DNA of 42,515 bases from an uncultured Gemmatimonadota bacterium (GTDB lineage: Bacteria; Gemmatimonadota; CAZMKB01; CAZNLH01). The notes beneath the pieces were generated by a model. The model was not told where the DNA came from, searched no databases, and saw nothing but the letters and a program-made list of their open reading frames with translations. Shown here piece by piece: positions 37,374 through 42,515 of the stretch (position 1 is the first letter of the stretch; each line of letters starts with the position of its first letter). Made by a program: the position numbers and the translations under genes. The stretch spans positions 1-42,515 of the forward strand of contig CAYTWO010000006.1 in assembly GCA_964442125.1 (NCBI GenBank), read 5' to 3'.

Positions 37374-37673
37374 TCAGTCAGGAACGACGCAGAGACACTG
37401 CCAATCCTGCGAGACATTGTTGCAGCAATCGAGCCAGCCAGGATACTGGGCAACTCCTGGAACCGACGTTCCGCCCCACCAGCAGATAAAAGAAGCACAC
37501 GCCGGGAGGTCTGAGGTCCAGGGACATGGATCGATGTTTCCGCACTGACCGGTCTCCCAGCCGGGTGCAAACATAGTCCCACAATCCGAGCAAGCATACC
37601 CGGACACATCGAGTTTAGATCCGGAACTTTCGATCCTCTTAGCTTTCCAGTTAAGGGGTTTGAGGTGTTTCAC
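37374..37673 (-). CDS. Cys10/Trp7-rich small protein, paralog 2
   Basis: 99 aa with a GTG start after GAAGGAGAG. Confidence 0.85.
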   Translation of the reverse strand: MKHLKPLNWKAKRIESSGSKLDVSGYACSDCGTMFAPGWETGQCGNIDPCPWTSDLPACASFICWWGGTSVPGVAQYPGWLDCCNNVSQDWQCLCVVPD

Positions 37674-37798
37674 TGTTCAACTCTCCTTCTCTATGCGTTT
37701 ATCCTTCTGTCCAGAACTCCCGGACGGATTTGATCACGATTCCCATATACCCGGCACTCACCTTCACAAAGGAGGGGATTTAGTTTACTATCGTGTCT

Positions 37799-38098
37799 CT
37801 AGTCAGGGACAACACAGAGACACTGAAAATCCTGCGAGACATTGTTGCAGCAGTCCATCCAGGCCGGATACTGGTTAATACCGGGGACCGAAGCCCCTGA
37901 CCACCAGCACGATGCCCAGTAGCAAGCGGGCAGATCAGCTGCCCAGGGACACGGGTCGATGTTCCCGCAGGCGCCTGTCTCCCAACCGGGTGCAAAACTC
38001 AATCCGCAGTCCGAGCAGGCATAACCGGACACGTCATTCTTCGAGCCCGAAGTCTCGATTCTTTTTGCCTTCCAATTGAGGGGTTTGAGGTGTTTCAA
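37799..38098 (-). CDS. Cys10/Trp7-rich small protein, paralog 3
   Basis: 99 aa with a TTG start after AAAGGAGAT, 35 nt after the propeller gene stop. 81/99 identical to paralog 2. Confidence 0.85.
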   Translation of the reverse strand: MKHLKPLNWKAKRIETSGSKNDVSGYACSDCGLSFAPGWETGACGNIDPCPWAADLPACYWASCWWSGASVPGINQYPAWMDCCNNVSQDFQCLCVVPD

Positions 38099-38133
38099 AA
38101 CAAGATCTCCTTTCCAATCTATTCACTCTTCAA

Positions 38134-39180
38134 TCATGAACCCGCGCGCGCTGCTTGGTCTTCTGTGTCCTCAACAAGATTATCCCGTACGGCAATCACG
38201 TTCAGTGGCGTCGGGACTTTGACCTCCCTGATCAGATTTCCCTGGGTGTCGACACATGTGATTTGACCCTCATCCTCTCCGGTGTCGGCCGAAAGGTAGA
38301 TCATATCCGCTTTACCGTTCAATGTGATCCACCTGTGTTTGACTCCGAGATCCGTTCTCGAGATCTCCTCCCCATTCGAATCCATGATAACCAGTTCTGT
38401 CAAGCCATTGGCGAAGATTCTCGATCCATCTGGAGAGGTTACCATGCCCTGTATCTTGACCTTTTCATCCAGGCAGGTCCTCTTCTTCTCTCCGGTATCT
38501 GGAAAATAGTGCCAGACACATGTTGGATTATTTTCGCCCTGCTCCAGAAGATAGAAGTCTGAACCACCCCCGGAAAAAGCGATATGGCGGAGGATCACCA
38601 TGCGTCCTTCCCACTGCCCGCCTTCTCCGAACCATAACTTCTCTGAACCCGCAAAATCATCTGTTGGGACCTTCATAACTTCTCTGCCAGCCATATGGGT
38701 GACGTAGATATTGTCTCCAGAAGGATCCAGGAAGATCTCGTACGTCCATGGTTCGAGGTAAAAATCTTCGAGTTGACTGTAGTCACCTCCCGACAGCTTG
38801 AGGATCTTATGGGGTCCGTTCGACATGTCCGGTCTGTCTCCAGGATGATGCAGGACATAGATCTGGTCTCTCGTTCCTTCATACCTTACCGAATCGAGAA
38901 TGCCGAGCGGAACCGTCTGAACAATCTCCATGATGGAGGTGTCCACGACGAGTAGCCCCCGTGTCGTCGCGAGAAAGAGTCTGCCATCTTCCGCCAGTTC
39001 CAGGCCATTTATCTGCGCCCCAACGGAGACCTTCTCGACGATCTCCCCCGAACCCATATCTATCACGAAGAGATCGTTCCATCCTGCGTAAACAATATCG
39101 CCTGATCCCCCGTGACGTGAACAGCCGGGAAGGAACATGATAGGAAGCAGCAAAATAAGAGCCGACTTAAATCTCCACAT
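38134..39180 (-). CDS. beta-propeller lipoprotein (YVTN-type repeats), QhpB-sized
   Basis: Lipobox MFLPGC at the N-terminus. Repeated ~40-aa blade-like units (DGRLFLATTRGLLVVD, GDNIYVTHMAG, DGSRIFANGLTELVIMD). 348 aa. Confidence 0.7.
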   Translation of the reverse strand: MWRFKSALILLLPIMFLPGCSRHGGSGDIVYAGWNDLFVIDMGSGEIVEKVSVGAQINGLELAEDGRLFLATTRGLLVVDTSIMEIVQTVPLGILDSVRYEGTRDQIYVLHHPGDRPDMSNGPHKILKLSGGDYSQLEDFYLEPWTYEIFLDPSGDNIYVTHMAGREVMKVPTDDFAGSEKLWFGEGGQWEGRMVILRHIAFSGGGSDFYLLEQGENNPTCVWHYFPDTGEKKRTCLDEKVKIQGMVTSPDGSRIFANGLTELVIMDSNGEEISRTDLGVKHRWITLNGKADMIYLSADTGEDEGQITCVDTQGNLIREVKVPTPLNVIAVRDNLVEDTEDQAARAGS

Positions 39181-39198
39181 CTCTGATCAACAACCCGA

Positions 39199-40221
39199 CT
39201 AATGGCCTACCGCGATGGTAAACGGAGACGCGTCCGGAACGAGGATCCTGTATAGAGGAGCGAGCGTTTTCGCGTTAAATATGGCCATGCTTCCGCCCGT
39301 ATCATAAACAGGATTGATCAGATAGAGTTTCTCGCCTCTATCACCGATTTCCATACCCTGGTAAGGTACATCAAGCGGTACCCAGCTGATCTCGGCTTCC
39401 TTTTCGAGATCGATGACAGACAGGAATCTGACCGCGTTCAGGTAGAGCTTTTTCCCGTCAGGGGAAAGGACCCCTCCACGCCACTTTGCTTCGTGATCCA
39501 GCGCAATCCTCCTCACGCTGTTTGTGGTCGTTTCGACAACCAGCACACCCGCCTGGTTTCCACCCTGCGCGATATAAATCTTGTTACTGTCTTTATCGCG
39601 GATCATCCGCCACAACATTCCCTGGTTCTGGTCTTTATGCTCGTACCCATAATCTCCAAGATCAAGGGTCTCGATCTGAGCACCGGACGTCAACTGAACG
39701 ATCTTCAGCTCGCTGTCGAGCAGGTCGAGGCAGTACAGGCGATCCTGCTCCGGGACGATTTCGATGTCGAACACCATCCGGTTCAGCTCGATCGTCCTCA
39801 ACAGTGTCTTACTGCTCAGGTCGTAGACCAGAAGTTTCGAGGGGAAGGCCTCAGCGGTTCCATCAGGCATCACTTTCCGGTCGTTCGTGAGGACGAACAT
39901 CCGGTTGCTTTCCTTCTCGATCTCAACCGTAAAAGCCGGCTTGTCCATCAAAAGTCCCTGGATCGTTCTCGTCTCGACATCGATGATATTGACCCCGTTG
40001 GATGCTCCGGCATAAACAGTTTTTCCGTCCGGAGAAACTGAAATGTTGTAGATCCACCTGTCGATCGGGATCTCCCCGGCTATCTTCCCGCTTTCCTCAT
40101 CGAGCACATAAAGTGTCGTGGCTCCCACGTACACTTCCGCTCCGTGAAGGTAAGTGGACTGGGCGAAGAACCCAGCGAGGGCAAGGGCAATCAACAATAT
40201 ACTGGCTATTTTCATCTTCAC
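39199..40221 (-). CDS. secreted beta-propeller protein (YVTN-type repeats), QhpB-sized
   Basis: Sec signal MKMKIASILLIALALAGFFAQS. Blade motifs VSPDGKTVYAGASNGVNIIDV, DSNKIYIAQGG and LSPDGKKLYLNA. 340 aa. Confidence 0.7.
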   Translation of the reverse strand: MKMKIASILLIALALAGFFAQSTYLHGAEVYVGATTLYVLDEESGKIAGEIPIDRWIYNISVSPDGKTVYAGASNGVNIIDVETRTIQGLLMDKPAFTVEIEKESNRMFVLTNDRKVMPDGTAEAFPSKLLVYDLSSKTLLRTIELNRMVFDIEIVPEQDRLYCLDLLDSELKIVQLTSGAQIETLDLGDYGYEHKDQNQGMLWRMIRDKDSNKIYIAQGGNQAGVLVVETTTNSVRRIALDHEAKWRGGVLSPDGKKLYLNAVRFLSVIDLEKEAEISWVPLDVPYQGMEIGDRGEKLYLINPVYDTGGSMAIFNAKTLAPLYRILVPDASPFTIAVGH

Positions 40222-40248
40222 TTTACTCCCTCCTTCTGAGTTCTTGAG

Positions 40249-40770
40249 TTATCTACTCTCTTTGTCCGATCCAACTTTGCTCAGGTCCTGCCGAGGTACA
40301 TCCGGCAACCAGTCGGGAGGAATCACGGCAATTGAAGACAGATCCCTCATGAGAACCCATCCCTCTCCCTCCCGGAAGTGTCGGTAAAACGCACCCACAA
40401 GACCTTCACCACAATCGATAGAGACCGCAGCCGTGAATACCCCGGTACGTCTATCAATGGTTCCGAGTTCTGGTCCCACCCTGGTCCCCCAGAATGCATT
40501 GACCGGCCCCACCAAGATGTCATCGCCACCACCGTCCTCCGGAATACCGTTTGGACCATTATTCCAGCCATTCGCCCTGAACCGCGCATAATATTGCGGT
40601 AAGCCAGTTCCCTGCAGCCTTGTACAAGGACCGGGAACACGGTTATTCCCAGGCGGTTCTACGATCTTGATGTAGTCAATTTCCTGGGAGCAGGCTTCGC
40701 TTGTGAACCCCATGAAAGCAATCATGTAGATTGCCAGAAACGCGATTGCCTTCCACTTGATAAATCTCAT
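40249..40770 (-). CDS. secreted 173-aa protein of unknown function
   Basis: N-terminal hydrophobic signal (AIAFLAIYMIAFMGFTSEA). No CxxCH and no motif I recognise. SD GGAGGAGGGG lies before the ATG. Confidence 0.6.
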   Translation of the reverse strand: MRFIKWKAIAFLAIYMIAFMGFTSEACSQEIDYIKIVEPPGNNRVPGPCTRLQGTGLPQYYARFRANGWNNGPNGIPEDGGGDDILVGPVNAFWGTRVGPELGTIDRRTGVFTAAVSIDCGEGLVGAFYRHFREGEGWVLMRDLSSIAVIPPDWLPDVPRQDLSKVGSDKESR

Positions 40771-40886
40771 GCCCCTCCTCCTTTCAGATAACAGCTCTGA
40801 GATGTTTGATACATCTCATTGACTCCATGCCAAGCAACCGATATACATCCTTTCCTTTGCTCGACGACAACCAACTTACTAAACGA

Positions 40887-42302
40887 TCAACAGGTGAGAT
40901 CCTCACCCGCACACATATCAAGGAATGCCGGATTCTGACGCATAAGGTCAAAATAGACATGTATACCAAACTCGTACCACTGCAGAAGGAGCTTACAGGT
41001 GAGCGCGTGAGGTTTTTTCAGGTCTCCGTTGTGGAGGTCTGAAAGGTAGTAACAACCACCGCCACAGAGATGCTTCGCCCAGCATGACCTGCAAGCCGGT
41101 TTTGAATCTACAAGGAGTGATCTTAACAGTTCCTCCCTCCTCCGGTCGTCTATCCCCTCCCTGAGGTTGCCTATCCGCAACTCCTCATTTCCTGAAAATC
41201 TGTGACAGATGTAGAAATCTCCCTCGGGCGAGGCGGCCATCAGCTTGAGCCCCGCTCCACAGGGAAGAGGTTTGGTATCACCCCGTTGAAGGAGCTTCAT
41301 CAAATTGATGATGTTGGTGAAACCGTAAACCTTCCCGGCAGAGGATTGTTCCTGAAACCGTCTGGCAAGGACCTTGAATCCATCGAGAAGCTGCCCCATC
41401 TCTCCTTCATCGAGGGCAAACTCCTCATTGACCGTATCGACAGGGGCCAGACCCACCTGTCTAAAACCGAGTCCGAGCAGGTGATCGACAACAGCGACGA
41501 CATCGATGTTGTTTTTCGTCAACGTTGCCCTGGCCGGTACCTGTCTTTCCTTCATTAATTTCGAGAGGTTGGATACCAGGAAATCGTATGAGCCTCGACC
41601 ATCAATGAATTTCCGGTGTTCATCATGTGCTTCTCTCGTACCATCTATGCTTATGGAAAGCTGGATGTTGTGTGAGTTTGAATAGCGGATTATATCTTCG
41701 GTGAGAAGTGTCCCGTTCGTTGTCAATGAAAAATCGATCTCTTTCCCGATTTCACCGGCCCTCTCCTCCCCCCTGCTGATAGCTGCCCGGACCGCCTCGA
41801 AGTTCATCAGGGGTTCCCCGCCGAAAAAGGTGATCATCACCTTATCGTCTTCCGTGCCGTCGAGAAGAAAATCAACGAGTTCCACGGCCACCTCTGGTTT
41901 CATGAGCTCTCTCTTCCCCCTGTAGCTCCCACCATCCGCGTAGCAATAACTGCAGGAGAGATTACAGGAGTGGGCGACATTCATCACAATATGTGAAACC
42001 TTCGGGAGTGGAACCTGGTTCCCGGAGCTTACATCCGCTTCAGTTCTCATCTCTTCCGAACCATTCGACACAAAACCAGCCTGTTCGAGCTCATCGATGG
42101 CGGTCTGAATCCTTGCTGCATCGAAGTCCCCTGAAAGTGTCTCGACCACACGCTCCCGTGTCGAGGGACTGTTTTTATCGAGGAACTCGAGGATTGAAAG
42201 GGATGTCGTATCGGGTTGAAAGATACCACATGTCTTGGTTGAAAACAGGATATCTTCCTGACCGTTCCTGAATCTCTTATATTTAATAGGTTTTAAGGGC
42301 AT
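40887..42302 (-). CDS. radical SAM / SPASM peptide-protein maturase (QhpD-like) with N-terminal RRE-like domain
   Basis: CNLSCSYC (CX3CX2C, codons at 41966-41943) and GGEPL. The full SPASM signature is C-x12-G-x4-C ... CRSCWAKHLCGGGC (CX2CX5CX3C) ... C. About 100 aa of winged-helix-like sequence precede the rSAM core (LSILEFLDKNSPSTRERVVETLSG...IDELEQAGFV). Confidence 0.85.
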   Translation of the reverse strand: MPLKPIKYKRFRNGQEDILFSTKTCGIFQPDTTSLSILEFLDKNSPSTRERVVETLSGDFDAARIQTAIDELEQAGFVSNGSEEMRTEADVSSGNQVPLPKVSHIVMNVAHSCNLSCSYCYADGGSYRGKRELMKPEVAVELVDFLLDGTEDDKVMITFFGGEPLMNFEAVRAAISRGEERAGEIGKEIDFSLTTNGTLLTEDIIRYSNSHNIQLSISIDGTREAHDEHRKFIDGRGSYDFLVSNLSKLMKERQVPARATLTKNNIDVVAVVDHLLGLGFRQVGLAPVDTVNEEFALDEGEMGQLLDGFKVLARRFQEQSSAGKVYGFTNIINLMKLLQRGDTKPLPCGAGLKLMAASPEGDFYICHRFSGNEELRIGNLREGIDDRRREELLRSLLVDSKPACRSCWAKHLCGGGCYYLSDLHNGDLKKPHALTCKLLLQWYEFGIHVYFDLMRQNPAFLDMCAGEDLTC

Positions 42303-42432
42303 CGAAACAAATTCTCAACGATTGGAAGCATACTCATCCACGAAAAACGCTTTCAATTGACTCTCCCGTATGACGAGCATTAAGCAAGGGGGGCTTTCAA
42401 ACAGGGGATGGCAAATATAAAAGCATTGATTG

Positions 42433-42461
42433 AGTATACTACAGATCGCGGGATTTGTCAA
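42433..42461 (-). promoter_or_regulatory. near-consensus sigma70 promoter for the rSAM operon
   Basis: Minus strand TTGACA-17 nt-TATACT. The predicted start near 42426 gives a 5' UTR of about 120 nt before ATG 42302. Confidence 0.5.
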
Positions 42462-42488
42462 TTAAAATTTTATCCTGTAAGGAGTTGT

Positions 42489-42515
42489 ATGTTTCAAACC
42501 CTTCACCGGTTTACC
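42489..42515 (+). CDS. possible start of a divergent gene (only 9 codons in window)
   Basis: AAGGAG lies 4 nt before ATG 42489 (MFQTLHRFT...). Too short to evaluate. Confidence 0.2.

Noticed and set aside
37171-37380. Possible TGA read-through or selenocysteine fusing paralog 2 to the downstream core-only copy, giving a two-core precursor.
   Set aside because: I counted the frames. The fragment frame is offset by 203 nt (not a multiple of 3) from paralog 2, and the junction CCTGACTGAGAC has a TGA in both frames. Simple read-through cannot join them.
36681-37995. Same-strand alternative-frame ORFs over the Cys-rich genes (36681-36956, 37175-37609, 37378-37593, 37780-37995). They look conserved between copies.
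   Set aside because: Their apparent conservation is only a consequence of DNA similarity between paralogs. Differences between copies fall at synonymous positions of the Cys-rich frame. The alternative frames are Arg/Ser/Ala/Gly-rich and have no conserved start or SD.
35702-38098. TOMM (thiazole/oxazole-modified microcin) cluster, suggested by a SagB-type dehydrogenase next to Cys-rich peptides.
   Set aside because: No YcaO cyclodehydratase or E1-like partner is present anywhere in the window. The peptides are on the opposite strand, in an operon with an rSAM enzyme instead.
36712-38098. CRISPR array or mobile-element repeats as the cause of the periodic ~300-425-bp repetition.
   Set aside because: The repeat units are full-length protein-coding paralogs with SDs and start codons. 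There are no short direct repeats with unique spacers, and no transposase, integrase or cas genes in the window.
42426-42488. Plus-strand promoter for the putative divergent gene (TTGTCA ... TAAGGA).
   Set aside because: The -10 candidate overlaps the SD of the putative gene, leaving no room for a transcription start. With only 9 codons in the window, the gene itself is unverified.

Overview
The window is a gene-dense bacterial chromosomal segment, with about 48 CDS almost all on the minus strand and no rRNA, tRNA, CRISPR or mobile-element genes. Bases 1-8398 hold a complete MoxR / DUF58 / BatA-E aerotolerance-type operon. It includes a BatE-like gene that runs off the left edge and is missing from the ORF track. 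Bases 8.8-35.5 kb are housekeeping genes: NifU-like, rdgB, rph, split rfaE, glgA, galT, recN, nadK, dxs, ispA, xseAB, folD, ymdB, rny, zapAB, pheST, rplT, rpmI, infC and thrS. Three things in this stretch are not visible from the ORF track: a probable 6S RNA with its own promoter downstream of zapA, an AUU-initiated infC, and a dispersed hairpin repeat. The standout region is 36.7-42.3 kb, a tightly packed minus-strand operon behind a near-consensus promoter. It encodes a radical SAM/SPASM maturase, a small secreted protein, two exported beta-propeller paralogs, and a tandem array of three 98-99 aa proteins with 10 invariant Cys and 7 Trp, plus a truncated fourth copy. The combination of a small Cys/Trp-rich subunit, a propeller subunit and an rSAM/SPASM enzyme resembles quinohemoprotein amine dehydrogenase (QhpC/QhpB/QhpD). 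Several Cys/Glu/Trp spacings match the known gamma-subunit cross-links. However, no heme (CxxCH) subunit, leader protease, exporter or flavin monooxygenase is present, and the small subunit is triplicated and carries six extra Cys. I read this as a candidate undescribed heme-less cross-linked quinoprotein or RiPP-like system. All functional calls rest on motif recognition by eye and need profile searches to confirm.
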